Below the pieces are notes generated by a model. It saw nothing but the letters and a program-made list of their open reading frames with translations. It had not been told where the DNA came from and did no database searches. From NCBI GenBank assembly GCA_976226885.1, contig OZ320316.1:26040001-26104000 (forward strand): a stretch of 64,000 nt of DNA. The letters are read 5' to 3'. The position numbers and the translations under genes were made by a program. This DNA is from Iphione sp. A-MEVVRFRX5 (taxonomy: Eukaryota). The stretch's first letter is position 1. Each line of letters begins with the position of its first letter. Of the stretch, positions 13,490-27,195 are shown one piece after another.

Positions 13490-14230
13490 TGCCTGCGAGC
13501 CAAGTTGGCATCTCAGCTGCCCAGCGCTTTTGGATCAAAGTGTGGGGAGGGGATGAATTAATTTGCCACACAGAAGGGAGTGAGTCAACCTCATCAATCA
13601 GACCTGAAGAAAAAAGTGTGTATGACCAATGTCTTTCCGAGGAAGAAGACCAACCAGACTTCTATGACGAACTATGTAATGCACTCAAGGATGACAAAAC
13701 GATGGGGTGGGATGCGGGCCCCAAAGTGACGCCTTATGTGGGTTGCTGAATCAAGAAAGCTAGGGGAAGGAGATACTTTGAAGACACTCACCAAGGACTA
13801 TAAACATCTTACGAATCTGCCATAGCTGACCCCTCCAAAATTAAATGGATCCCTATGGCAACCCATGAAACAATGTAGGAGACTGCAAGACCAGGCTTAC
13901 TAAAGGAGAAACATGTACGCGTTAGCCTCAGTAACAAATGTGATCGTCCAACTCATCGAATTGCTTATTGCGCACAAGAAAGGCATACTTTGGGTTCTCC
14001 AGGCCTTGGAGAAGACAACCTATAGGATGTAATCACTATACAGGTTGTCATCATAGAAGAGGTGCTTAAACCCCATAGGAGCAAGGTCAAGGCAATATGT
14101 CCCACAGACAAAGAACAACCTCATGCTTAATGCCTATTTTGGGGACGGTCTTTTACAACAATGTAAGAACCTGGAAGACCCAGGGTTGGAGGCGAGAAGA
14201 AAAGAGAGACTGGCATGGGATGAGGCAGTG
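13490..14230 (+). pseudogene. Degenerate DIRS-type gag/ORF1 relic
   Basis: Broken frames read LTNLP*LTPPKLNGSLW and ...FGDGLLQQCKNLE, resembling the P.N...L..P.VN..IW and LFG..L motifs of DIRS ORF1 proteins. Confidence 0.5.
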
Positions 14231-17200
14231 GGTATTGTGTGATTAAAGTTGTGAGAGGGGCACATTGGTGATATGTGGTTATGGATTTATGGGTAGGATA
14301 TTTGAGCAGGCTTGAGGTTTTTAGGGAGGATGGTGAGAGTTAGGTGCGTGAGAGTTAGGTCTATGAGAACCTAAATTCCCTTTCTCCTATGTTTTGTGGT
14401 TGATAACTCAGGATGTATGATCAATGACTTTTTAACGTCGAATAAAAAGATTATACCCCTCGTCCAGCAGTGTCGTACTTACACATATTGCATATCTGTC
14501 TGCAATCCACAGCAAGTGAAGTCTGCAATCGGTAAGACTGCGAGTCGACGTGACTTGATGGCTTGATCCTGCGTGCGCCTATTGCGGACAAACCTACGTT
14601 CTCCTCTGTTTTCGGCTTCCCACAAACTGGCACATTCTTAATTTTGCTGACTGAGCTTATAAGCAACCAGGAATCATTCCTGGGTAAATTCCTTAGACTA
14701 GAACGATATTAAAGACGATGTTTTGAGTAGAAGTCTTTTAACCTTACCTGTGTGGGCAATAACTGGGGGATGAGAAGGTGACATACAGCAAGTATAGGTC
14801 GATTGCTGCACTCCAAACGAATATGTAATTATTTAATCCAGATCGCAATGAACTCGTCAAGTAGTCATCTTCAGTATCACACAAGATTCATATACTCTGC
14901 TCCAAATAGGATGAAGATCAAAAGGGAATAATACATGTATTAACAGAAACCCCTTCAGATCAGTAATTTCGATTATATTTGCAAATTACCCCCATACCCT
15001 CACACCAACCGTGCCCTTCATATTAGATTGAAAACAGACCCCTTCTCCTGTGTCCCTACACGTTCATGGGGAAAGGCCTGGATAGTAACTTGCGAAATCA
15101 TGCAAGCCCATATAAATATGCATTCAAATGTGAATTCGAATATTAACGACAAGGTTATTAGATGATATGATTGAATGTTTCCTCGATAGCCCATCCGATA
15201 CACACTAATGGATATTTATCCAGGTTGTTGTCTTCATGCTTTTCATTAAAGAAGAACTTACTTACTCTATTTCCCCCGATGGGGCCACCTGCCAAATACA
15301 TACATGTACATGTACCACCATCAGATCTAAGACAAAAATGACCAAATCAAACTACGTATAGCATGTGTCATGCCTCACTTCCAGCCTGAGATAGTGTCGT
15401 ATTCATTTGTTCCTTTGCGGTTCTTCAGAGATTAATGTTGCAGAAATAATTTAAGACTGGGCATAGCATATAATAATATCTACATGGATATCGACCATTG
15501 TCATATGAAAATATAATGTACGTGTATGTGAATGTTATATCATTATGGTAAAGTTACAAGGCTCTGAATGGCATAATACGACGGTGGTACACATGTCTGG
15601 CTGCTGGCTTACGACCTTGACATGGTAATAACCGCCAGGATTTTCGAGGAAGTTGCTTTGCACTTTATGCAGGTAAAACATGTGTCATTATCAGTCCAAA
15701 ATATTAAGCAAATCTAAGTGGTACAGTTTAGTGAGATAGTTGGTTGTAATATGGATTGAGAACAGAACTTGCTGAATCATGTAATCGAACCGATTGAAAA
15801 GCTAGAAATAACAGGTAGATGCCTTTATTAGTAAGTTCATTGGACATCAGAACTTACTTTTAGAACATAATTATCTTTATTATATCTGTAAAAATATATG
15901 TATTATACCATAACAATTGTAAATATATATGCATTACATGTGAGTATATATGTAAGACATGTTTCTATATATATAGGACATACAGTATACGTTAAAATAT
16001 GCATACATATTGGACGGAGTAAAACCGGAATTTCTGTGTTTAGGGTAATGTTTTTCGGGGCTATGCAGTTTTACAAACCGCATACATCTACTGCATGATC
16101 TTTACAGTGCTATAAATATGTCTTTTAAAACCTTTGATATGGTTACACTGGAACTGCTCCCACTTAAAATATAATCTATACATATCCCCTGTTAAGTACA
16201 ATGATACATGTATATATACAGAAAACGCCGCTTCCGGAACCAAGGGATAGGTTTTATACTGTATTCTAATAGTTATATGAGTAGTACGTGATCGGGTCAT
16301 GAAACAATAGGCAACAATGAGATTTTCCGCGGAGAGATCACAGCAAGCAGGGGGCGTTGTTTAACGTTTCATGTTGAGACGTACTACAGAGGATACGAAC
16401 GTCACAGACAGTAGTGCTACCCTCCACTCCCCTTGCCCCAGCGTCTAACTGATTCAGGATTCTGTATCATACCTTTGTGCGCGCCCACCATGTGAATTTT
16501 TTTTGCATTTATATTCTACCTAATGTATTTTGCCCCCCATCCCCAAGAGTAATGGTGGACCTTAGCATCACTGCTGTCTGAGCATCTGACCTTCAGTCAC
16601 AACCCTATGAGTCTAATAAGTTCAGTTCCCTTAGGTCAAATGAACTGAAAGTTGGATATAATACGCATCCGTATAGACATATGCCATTGGCTTTTCATTT
16701 GAAGTAATTTAAGGGTGATATTGCATTTCAAAATATTCTGTACACCAACACACACAATCACTGTGTAGGGTGCAACACTGTGTGGGTCAAGTGTGTGCAC
16801 TCATAATATAATTCATTATGCAAGTGTGTTGATACGTGGTAGAGGTGGGGGACAGGTCTTATCATATGATAATATGATGTGTCCAGACACAGAGGTGGAC
16901 ATAGGAGGGTGCGCCTACTCTCAATAGCGAACCCGTGCGTCGACACTGAATACATTCCATCACCAATTTGCACCCTCCTATCTGAAGATGTCATCTCCAA
17001 CTTCCCTTTCTTCAGAAATTCCATTATTCATGCAAACATAGCAGGCATATTGACAATTATTATTTTACAAAAGCTAACCAAATCCATTGACCAATCCACG
17101 GTGATTGTGAGATTTGCTTATGGCACGAGTCAGCAAAGGTAGGCGTTTGGTATGGTATCCTTTTCCCGGTAGGGATATTATTTCCACTGTTGTTTTAGTT

Positions 17201-17939
17201 TGTTGGTAATCACGAATAGGTTAAAAGTATTTTTCATTCAAAAACAAGAGACAGCTCATTATGTCATTACTGACATAAAAGTCAGGAATTCAGTCCCAGT
17301 ATTGTACAGCAATATTCTCAAAAGAATGTTGGAACTGAAATGCGCCATTTGTTGTCGTTTTGGAAGAGCGTCGACGAAATGTACCCAGTGGCGCCTCCAG
17401 TGGGAACGTCTTGCATCAGTGACGGGTGCCGTCAATGTTCTGAACATAGAATAATAAAAAGTCAAGTAGTAAAATGGGAGAATATATATACAACACATAA
17501 TTCAATATCACACATGCATACATACATGTATGCATTTACAGTTAGCCCCACTGCTTTGAACCATGTACATGTATGTTTGTTTCTTGTAAAGTGGGGAAGT
17601 GGAACTGGCACTTCCGTTTCCTCAACAATTATCCAAATGAGTGGCAAATCCAGGAAGGCTGACTGTAAGTATTAAATACAATACTGAAACACTGTACAGA
17701 TTTGATAAACATAGGTAAGTAAGGCCAAGATGTGTGACCACACACTGCTTTTTATAACGGCCATATAAACAAAAACTACAAGAAAGTGTACCTTAAATGA
17801 ACAAGGAGGATACTCCTGAAGGGTTCCATTGCTAATCTGGTCACATAGCTTGTGCCATCACTGTTAGCTTAGTTAAAATTGTTGTAAGCACCATGTACAT
17901 ATTCTATATTCAATATTATGCATGGTATATGTCCTATTA

Positions 17940-18118
17940 CAGTAGAGTCTCTATTTCCGACCACATCGATTTCCAACCATTTTTGCTATTCCAACCAGGT
18001 GAAGTGGAAACTAAAGTATTTTTTTCTATAATTAACAATTACCAATTTCCGACCATTCTTGCTATTATGACCATTTTGGGCCAGACCCGACAACTGGTCA
18101 GAAATTAAGACATCACTG
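17940..18118. mobile_element. Tigger/pogo-type MITE
   Basis: TA-flanked; imperfect TIR CAGTAGAGTCTCTATTTCCGACC / CAGTGATGTCTTAATTTCTGACC. Confidence 0.75.
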
Positions 18119-18443
18119 TACATGGTACAAAATATAATACCACCACACATTAAGCTACCCATATAAAAAAAACAAATATAAGTATTCTAATTGAAAACCA
18201 TGGATGTTTTGTAGTGGACAGTAGCATATATATTATCACGAAGCATCCTTATGCCATGATGACATCAAATACATCTCTCCTCGAAATCAATAATAGGGGA
18301 GATATTCAACTACTATTGGATCTTTCCATTTCCATTCAAGAAATGGCACATGTTCCTGTGTCAAATTATTCGAACTATTATCGATCGTCTATTTCTAATT
18401 TAGTCAGAAGGGCAATTCATTTTTATAAAATCGGCACTTTTAC

Positions 18444-18632
18444 CTTGAGGCCAATCAATGATACAGCTTTATTCAATGCTGCACGCGTTTGCATCAACTT
18501 TGAGTTGTACGAGCTAAGGTCCATCTCGATTTCTGCTGCATCTGATGCGCTGGATTTCTGCATGAGGTACACCCCCACAATGTTCACATGTTCCAACGCA
18601 TACTGATTTGATTGGAATGTTGACAGGATAGC
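18444..18632 (-). CDS. SYNE1: Nesprin-like exon, C-terminal spectrin repeat (last exon I can place)
   Basis: catttcag|GCT...AAG|gtaaaa. AILSTFQSNQYALEHVNIVGVYLMQKSSASDAAEIEMDL resembles nesprin-1 ...GEQLIEKSEPLDAAIIEEEL. Confidence 0.85.
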
Positions 18633-19521
18633 CTGAAATGCAGAAAGAAACGTTTGAACGGTATCGAGCGCCAGCAGCCTTTAACTCTACACTGTAGATC
18701 CCAACCAAAATGGGACGGAATATTTGCTCTCGGAAATGTCTGATCGTTGTCGTAATAAAGTACCTTCAGAAAGAAAAGCTCTTTCAAAGATGTTTTATTT
18801 CTGCACAACGGAGCACTTAATCAAATAAAGTCTTGCAGCCATATTTTTCTACACTGAATGCAAAGACGTTTGAAAACATTCTGATAAACCACCCATCGGC
18901 GTCCTATTTTCAGTCGTTCCCCAGGTAGAATATATTTCAACAACTTTATGTAAACGGCGTAGTTGAGTTTTTGTGGAATTAAGATTGTTGCAATGTTGTT
19001 GGGTTACAGAAGAAAATAATATTATGGCATCAGTGCAGTAATACTGCATTATTGGTATCATCCCTCCAAAACTACCTCACTTTGTTTTAATTTTGTTCCC
19101 ATTTGACTATTTTTTGTCGTACCATTTTTACTACTTTTGCGTCTTTTCCAACACCGTCCTCAATAATGTTTTATATAATTATTAGTATGAAAGTTCTCTG
19201 TACAAAAATACCCCTCCTTCAGTACAAATATTCTAAACGTTCATTGTTTCTGTAAAAAAAAATTGAATTTATTTTGAATCACGGAAAGAACAGCTGGCAC
19301 ATTGAAAGATAATGTTAAATTATTAGCATCCGCTTTTAGCATAGGCAGGTGTATAATAGTTCAGGGGTCGTTAATGCCTACCGGCGTGAACAGGTTCTTT
19401 ACGAATCACCCAGCGAATCCTGATTAAGAATTTTAAATCTAGCCTCAAAACATTTATTTTGCACATTTTTCATGTCCTCATAGTACTTATAATGTCTACA
19501 GAATGAAACAATGAGACGTAC

Positions 19522-19836
19522 TTGTAACATTTCCTTCTGTCCGACAAAGAAACAGTCTGCAGCCATGTCATTCAGGGCCGACTGAATGTCTTGAAGCCAA
19601 CCTGTCATTTTGCCTCTGACAACATCGAAATCATTCTTCACACTGACAGTGTGTCGTAGCCGCCGGAGAATTGCAGAGATGGTCTTAATGAGCGTTTCTG
19701 AACGACAGTTTACATATTGCAGTTGATTTTTCTGCATTTCTCTCGTGTCAGTTTTCCCCTCGCGGACCAGTTTGCGGTATAAGCGATTTAGTTGCTCCAA
19801 GCAAGGAACCTGGTTGTAAAAGTCTCGATGGAAAAT
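19522..19836 (-). CDS. SYNE1: Nesprin-like exon, C-terminal spectrin repeat
   Basis: Phase 0/0. LEQLNRLYRKLVREGKTD...ISAILRRLRH...F resembles nesprin-1 LELINKQYRRLARENRTD...VTSILRRLKH. Confidence 0.92.
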
Positions 19837-19984
19837 CTGAAATATAATCAGATGCTATAATATAATAAAAAAACAATTGTATTCCACAATTGCGTGAGCT
19901 TTATGAAATGCAATTAAATACATAACAGAATTTTATGTGAAGGTCCATTCAATGTAGCGCACAAAGTAAATGGGAATAATTTAC

Positions 19985-20135
19985 CTCCATTTTGCTTAAT
20001 TCTTTCAGAGCCGTCCGGTAAGTAGGTCCATATGATACTGATGTTCTTACTGTACTTTCCATATGGCTTAACCATGCATCTAACTGTCCTTTAGTCGCTT
20101 CAAATTGCTGCCATTGTTTCAGTGTATCCTCAATT
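19985..20135 (-). CDS. SYNE1: Nesprin-like exon
   Basis: Phase 2/0. (R)IEDTLKQWQQFEATKGQLDAWLSHMES...ALKELSKME resembles IEETWRLWQKF...FEDWL...AKEELKKFE. Confidence 0.92.
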
Positions 20136-22408
20136 CTGGAAAACGTGATGATGAAGTCTGTTCATGCAAGTGCAAAAAGTGTGAGCTTCACAGTTCACAA
20201 TGAGGATATACCAATCCCAATAATGTCAATTCACATTAAGGCCTACGAATCTGTGTTTCTGGGAACCCCACCGACCCTGATTTTCCTCCTTATGAAACTT
20301 GAAAAAGAAAATTGTTTTGCCAATATCTTTGGAATGAAGAAAGCTAAAGACCTGTGCTTATACCACTGTGTTTCTTCCTTAGGTCCTTGGCTTTCATGTG
20401 ATATCAGTTCCAAGCAGTAGAAGTGGTGGTGGCTTCGAAGGTACTGTCTAGCATATTCAGGTTCCGGCAACAATTAACAAAAAACAAACCTACGTACTGA
20501 TCCTTTATTTTTCACCTCATTACTTGAAACAGATTTTATTAGGCCTACTTAATAACATGATCGTGAAGTCTTTTTTTGCCAATATGAACAAAGCAGTTTT
20601 ATAGTTCGCTATTCAGAAATTAGTAGCCGCTGCATGCTGTTTGTGCCCGTGTTACATTATACGGATTGACATTAGTGTAATGCTTTCATCTGTTTTGTTG
20701 CCACATTTACATTTAGTATCGTGAGCAGTTACCAAAAATACCTAGGCCAAATTTATGACAAGAGCTATTCAAATTTGAATGCACTAAACGCTCGCAAACA
20801 ATAGCAAGAAGAACAAGGCGTGAATATTGGAAAGGGTTAGATAAGCAAAGAATAGATACAGTTAGGCCTCTGAGGAACTAAAGGTCCAAATATATAAAAA
20901 TTATGGATCCTCTCCTATAGGAAAGTATGCATGAAATTATTGAGAAGACAATGTATAAATCCACACGGGAGACACACGCTAGTGTTTCGTGTGAACGAAT
21001 GTAAATCTAGGACGTAAACATTGGGGCCAGCACATGAAGAATCTATCAGGAATAATTGGACCAGCTTGCTGCCAGGTTCCTACACAAGGGGTTTTTAACG
21101 CGGTGTTTGCCTAAGCTGCGGACAAGCTTCTGGCAGGAAGTTCACCAGGAACAAAGGGTTGCTGCGGGGTAAGCACTAGCCGGTGTCAAATATTTGGCCG
21201 ATGGAGTCCAGCCTATTCACCGATCATTTTTGAGGCGATAACCACGCCCACCCAGAGTCACCCCTGACACATGCATTCGGCATAGACAAGCTGTAGGTTC
21301 CTAGAGCCTCTCCAGTATTAAAAGACTCATCTTTGACTGCTTATAACTCACAATTTATTTGATGGAAAAATACCAAAGTTGGTGTGAATCACTGTTCATA
21401 TACATTCTTTTTTCATGTGAAAGCAAATAATTCTATCTGCAATAGTAACAGATATTTAGCCTTCCTATTGACTCCAATGTTAGACAGCTTTGTCTGTCTA
21501 TGCTTGAATTTGCCATGCTTTTGCCAGGATGTTCTGTGATTGATCCAGCTCAACTGTCATTCAAAAAAAGTGATCGGTCAATAGGAGTTCTAGCTGCCAT
21601 GCAAAGATTATTACTGCTGTCACATCCTCATATCTAAGTCGGTCTCTGCTTAGATCCGGCGTGACTCTGATTTTGTCCAACAGCTCATCTTCACTAACTG
21701 TAAGATAAATATTTTTGTACGAGGCTTCTATTGGGTCGACATGGACGTTAGCTCCTAAGCGTGCTTTGCATCCATTGCGCTGAGAAAGATATTTTGCTTT
21801 TTTTCCCGCCAGGATGCATGAAGAAATTGTCACAAATGATAGACATCTTTCGTTTTGGGGTTACGTTGCCAATTAAACTGCCTTTTGGAATCAGTCCTTC
21901 AACCGCGTTTTCGTCTGGTCGACATATTACCTTCAGTGTTCTGGGCACACTATGCAGTATACAGACATGTCTATCAGAATGACCATATTTATCAAAAATG
22001 TATTTCCATTATCAAAGATGTCACCTTACTGAGGCAGACTTCAATAGCCATTATATAACTCGTTTTAGAAGTGTTGTTATGATAAGTAATGGTGGTCATT
22101 ATAATCATTCTTGATTGTTTAAGATCCAACATATATCTCGTTGATAACTCCTGAGGGCGGCATTCACATTTTCCTATGGGAAATGCTCAGTTATTTACCT
22201 TATAGGGTTAAGAAGTAAGGTATTACCCTCTATGTTAATGAACCAAGGAATGCCATCAATACAGTAAATCATACATGTACAGTATTTAATCAGAATGCTA
22301 AAAAAATACCAAAGAAAGGGAAAATATCAAAAACAATAACCACCAGAAGTGTAATAATATTCTTTGCCTCAACAAGTTAAATTGGTAAAATGAAATAGGA
22401 TATCATAC

Positions 22409-22596
22409 CTGAGTTTTCGCTCGGCTAACAGAGTATATATAAGTTTCCATCGTTTTCTTAGAGAATCACTGACGTTCATAACCTTTTGGTATTCATACAC
22501 AGACGGGCAGGCATCTTGGTCTTGAAGGAGCATTTCACAGAGTCTGACCACAGACACCATATCTGGTGTTCTTTTCTCAATTTCGTCCTGAATGCT
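22409..22596 (-). CDS. SYNE1: Nesprin-like exon
   Basis: Phase 0/2. SIQDEIEKRTPDMVSVVRLCEMLLQDQDACP...RKRWKLI...ERKLR matches the nesprin-1 VLNLCEVLLHDCDAC...RRW...ERRLK motif. Confidence 0.95.
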
Positions 22597-22777
22597 CTGT
22601 TAAATAAGACAAGAATTTGCTTCATTCATTGTGGATAAAATGACAAATCAGTGGCGGTCCAAAAGGGGAATCCAGAAGATGGTACTGTGCGGGTTCGATA
22701 AGAACAGGCTGTCATTTAGTGTTCTTAATTATTTTGTAATCCGATATGGCACCCTGATTAAATTATGAAGGTCTAAC

Positions 22778-22940
22778 CTGTGTATTCAGGCGATGTTTTC
22801 TTATTTCTGATACGTCTGGACGACTGAAATGCGGACCCGAGCGCAAGGTGCGCTCCACTCTATCCAGCCACTCACGGAGGTCAGACATGCGCAGTTCAAG
22901 TCGTTTCATAGCAACTGCAGTTGTTTGTGATCTTGTTACT
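22778..22940 (-). CDS. SYNE1: Nesprin-like exon
   Basis: Phase 2/0. KRLELRMSDLREWLDRVERTL spectrin helix A; ccttag acceptor, gttaga donor. Confidence 0.88.
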
Positions 22941-23171
22941 CTAAGGAAAAATATTTATCATAAGGATAACTTTTTCGTTCTTAGTATACGTATATATTTC
23001 CAATTTCGAAACAGACCTACGTTATCACATATATACATACTTGAATATGTGGAATGTTGGGGTGCATCTGTTTTTATCTTTAATATTATTGTATCCTTTT
23101 CAATGACTGGATGGGTCTAATAAAATACTTGCAGGAAGTTTAGCTTTATCAACTGCTTTGATGTGAAATAC

Positions 23172-23305
23172 CTGATGGTCATGCCTTCTTGGATCAATTC
23201 CCAGTTCTCGAGAACTCGCTGTATTTTGACGTCGTTATTTGTTCCTGTCATGACAATACCCTTTCCTTTGATAAGAATGTCACCTCCACCAGAACTAGCT
23301 CTTTT
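23172..23305 (-). CDS. SYNE1: Nesprin-like exon
   Basis: Phase 0/2, fits both neighbours. KRASSGGGDILIKGKGIV...VLENWELIQ. Confidence 0.78.
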
Positions 23306-23612
23306 CTGAAGAGAAAATGTATGCTTTAGTGATCGATGTTGTTTAAAGGACCGCAAATCAAACGTACACCCTCCCTACCACCGCATTCAATTATTTACGT
23401 ACCCATATGGATACACGGACTCACTGACCACCAGAGTGAATGCTGGGTATGATCAGATTTCATGTCCATACACACATGGCCCTGTAGGATTTAGCATATC
23501 ATATGGAGGAATCCAAAGCACGAGGACACCAGACTGCCTCAGCACATTGTCTATCTGCTCTAATGATTAGCATTTCACTGCCTTTGACCAAGTAAAGGTA
23601 CACGTACGTATA

Positions 23613-23790
23613 CAGTAGCAATTCACGCTATGGCCAGCTCAACTAGAAGGGCAGCACGGAATCAAGGGCATTTTTTTCAGTCCCTACACTATATGATGAA
23701 TAAGAAAATCAACCCTCTGATAAGGGAAACTCTCGGATGAAGGCAGAGGTAGCTGGTCCCTGCAGTGACTACATTAGAGGATTTCTACTG
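23613..23790. mobile_element. Tigger/pogo-type MITE
   Basis: TA|CAGTAG...CTACTG|TA ends. Confidence 0.65.
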
Positions 23791-24043
23791 TATACGGTTA
23801 GCCTCTGCTAAGCCCAAAAAATATAGCAGCTATTACATTGTATAGACATGATCTACATTGGGCAAAGTGCCAATACATATTCCTAGACAGTATTTCAGTG
23901 AGCATATCGAAGCAAACCTGATAACTAAAAAGGAGAGCAGTCAGACAGGATTGCACAAATACTTTGAAATTTTACCTAATCACCTAACTGAACCTCTTTC
24001 TACGTGACGGGTACAGGTAAGGTAAACAAATACTGAATATTAC

Positions 24044-24319
24044 CCTATTTGGCTTCTCTGCGCCGTCGGTACCATTGCCAGATGTTTGCACTCCTGGGAA
24101 AGCCAGACTTGCATTTTCATCCCATGTGAGAGTAGACTGATCGGCAGGGAGGGCTCTCTTCAATGGAATCTCCATTTCTTGTTTCATTTTCATCAGGTGT
24201 TCGCAAATTAGTTGAAGTCGCTGTGGGTACGTATTGAGATCATCCGGTAGAACTAGTTGCGACCAGTAGTTCCTTAACATCGACATTAACTCATGCGACT
24301 TCAAAATTGTCTGCTGTAA
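24044..24319 (-). CDS. SYNE1: Nesprin-like exon (donor position less certain)
   Basis: cttttcag acceptor; open frame LQQTILKSHELMSMLRNYWSQL...; donor AGG|gtaata gives phase 0/0. Confidence 0.65.
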
Positions 24320-25023
24320 CTGAAAAGGGGAGCAGTAACTTAATGGAATAATCAGAACCTTTCATTATATCGCTGGGTAAATAGATCGATTCTTGAAGCA
24401 TAAAAAAATACCAGTATTTCCGGTAACAAGCTGAAAAATAAAGAATTCATAGGTAAGTGGTATTTTTCCCCAAAGGGTAATTGAAAGTATATGGTTATGT
24501 TACTTCTACTGCTTAGATTTTAATGAAACTGGTAACATGAAAGGTAATGGTTGGTCTAAGAAACAGTTTGGTGTATTGTATGTATCTGTAACTTTTTCCA
24601 GTCCAGAGTTATGGGAAAAAGAATGATAAAGTAGAAAACTCGAGAATAAAGACTGTGAAAGGCAGATGCATGAGTAGGTAAGTACAGACAGACCGACATC
24701 GTTTTGAGAACGGATTAATCTGATTCGAGCCAGTACGTATTAAACGACAATTTTTGTTATGTTAGTGGCTGCCAATTTCCTATGTTTAAATTTCATCCTA
24801 TCTTCTCATTTTGTTGGTCATGAGACAAGCACAGTTTTCTAGTCGATATCAGAAACTGATACTTTCTGAAATTAAAATATCTAGACAACCGTATAGACAA
24901 CTCCAGTTATGCGTATCAACTTGGTTTTCTCATGTCTACATGTATATTCTACAGCGCTTGGAAATGTTTGTCGAATATTTTCCTTCAGTTAATCAAATCA
25001 ACATGCATAGCATTAGTACATAC

Positions 25024-27081
25024 CATTGGTCGATCATCCACTCCCGATTGAAGAGTCTGTCTGTCGTAGAATCCTTCGACAAGTTGGGCTTTCAGTCGTG
25101 TTAACTCCTGTCCCGACTTTTCTTCCATTGAAGAAAGAAGACCGAGACCTGCCGACCTTTCATCTGGTGTTCCGACAAGCTGCACCCGACGGGACTGCTG
25201 CAGTGTCGTGCTGTCAGGGTTCCCCGTGTTTTTCAGGGAGTATTTTTCGCACATCTGTTCGTGTCCTTGCACAGTTGTCAAAGAAGCATTGTGGCTTGGT
25301 TTTGCCCCAAGCTCGACACTCTGATCTTTCTTTATTGGTTCACCGATTTGGTCCAAACATTCGTCAGGAACTTTTGTTAACTCAAGTTTCACATCATCGT
25401 TGTCCTCACCAACATGTTCATCCCTTGAGCTTTGAGTCATGTTATCTTCTTGCTGTAAATTGGAATCATGTATTTGGACCTGCACATTTTCATGCTGCGC
25501 ATACTCGTTAGAAGAAACGGTGTTCGTCTGCTCCCACTCGGCTAGACGATGTGTCGGTTTGCAACTATCATCTTCTTTAAAATTCTGTCGTAGGGGATGC
25601 GATTCTAATTGTATAATCGTCTCTGACTCCTCTCTTTCCATGTCAAGATGTGGGATTTTGGAATCCTCTCTATGAACTTCGTCTGCAGTGCCGTGAATTC
25701 CTTGTAGAGTACGTGCAGGAAATTGGGACGATCGGTAATCATCGCTGACCCACTGTGAAACTCTCAAGGCCTGGCTTTCCCTTACCGTTATGATAGCTGC
25801 CTCGTTCTCATCCTCTTCGTCGAATTTACCTAATTGCTGTTGAGGCCGAATGCGACTTGTCACTTCAAATTTGATCACAAAAAGACCTGTATTCAGGTCA
25901 TAAATCTTCTTGTCTTCTTCGATTTCCAGGGGCGACATTATGTATGAATTTTTGTCTTTCGTTTCAGAATGGTTTGCATCAGCTGGCAACGCACTGTGAA
26001 ACGAATGCTTTTGTGACAAAGGAACGTATGCCTCTATCCCATTTTTATCATCTTCACGATTATCTGCGGAAGGTCCTTGCCTATTTTCATTTTCTTGTTC
26101 GAAACCTTTAGTGCTATGGCTGATCGGTAAGCTTATTTCCTCGCTGGCATTTTCATTTCCAAGTTTCACAAAGACTCTTTCCAACGATGTCTCTAATTGG
26201 AGAGGTATTATTTGGTCTGTAATTCGCTTATCTAGGGAGGAACCTATATCCTCTTCCATTTCTGGAGTTTCCATACGTCTGCAACTAGCATGTGTAGGTG
26301 TCTCATGGAGGGCGTTTATATCTTTTACTTCGACCGTTCTTTGTGTTTTCCTCTTCAGTCTCTGTCCTTCACTCAGAGTATTGTCACAGATTTCAATTTC
26401 AGCATGACAATACGTAGCGGACGTGACCAGGTTTTCTGTTACAGAGTCGTTATCTATTGCTGTCTGCAGTGACATAATATGGTGCGGAGGGTCCTTTTGA
26501 TGGTTGGGTGAGCTTTCGTCTGACCTATGAAAGTCAAAGACATCCACGTGTTTTACCTCTGAGTAAGGCCGTTCGCTTGACACTATTTGAGACTCAAAAC
26601 CTAAGGCTCTCCTCTCTTCTTTTTCCTTTATAGACATTGTTATGTCTTTGAGGGGGTCCACAGAATCCTCTGGTAGGAGAATCACCTTTACCTCTGAAAC
26701 CGGTTTTGCCGCGTACAGAGTAAACTCGGTATGCTCTCTACTCTCTTGTGTTGCGGGTGCGATGTGCTCCAGCACCGCATAGGTTTGTTCCCCAATAGTG
26801 CAGTTGGGCGTGACTTGCAACCTATTCGCATCGCATTGCTCAGAATTCAGCAAACGTCCAGCATGACCTTCTATTTGTCCTGATAGCCACGTTTCCTTCG
26901 AAATTTCGATACACTCCTGGGTATTTGGAGCAGGATTCAAAGACTTGGGATAATATTGACCCGGGTCTAGTTCAGCAATGCCGTCGCCTTCAACGGTGGT
27001 AATGGATTTTTCATTCTTTGTGTGGAGATGCATATATGTTCTAGTTCCATGACAGGGCGCAACTGCATCTTTTCTTACAGT
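25024..27081 (-). CDS. SYNE1: Large 2058-bp nesprin-like exon, acidic low-complexity region (686 codons)
   Basis: Lies within ORF 24985-27162. Acceptor ttgtttcag|ACT, donor ATG|gtatgt, phase 0/0; E/D/S/T/Q-rich. Confidence 0.82.
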
Positions 27082-27195
27082 CTGAAACAAATCAAACAAC
27101 ATATATAATGGGTATAAAACTCTATCACCTTGTTCTGCAACAACCCGAATAACAGTAGACATACATTTGACAGGATGCTAATTCAGCAGAAATAC

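Noticed and set aside
14451-15285. Minus-strand segments with good donors (gtaagt ~14480, gtaagg ~14746, 23-nt microexon ~15260-15282) as nesprin 3' exons or KASH
   Set aside because: No nesprin, TM or KASH similarity, and I could not link them in frame to exon 18444.
20243-21948. Short minus-strand ORFs within a nesprin intron
   Set aside because: No recognisable motifs; flanking exons 22409 and 20135 already join in phase. Probably a decayed repeat.
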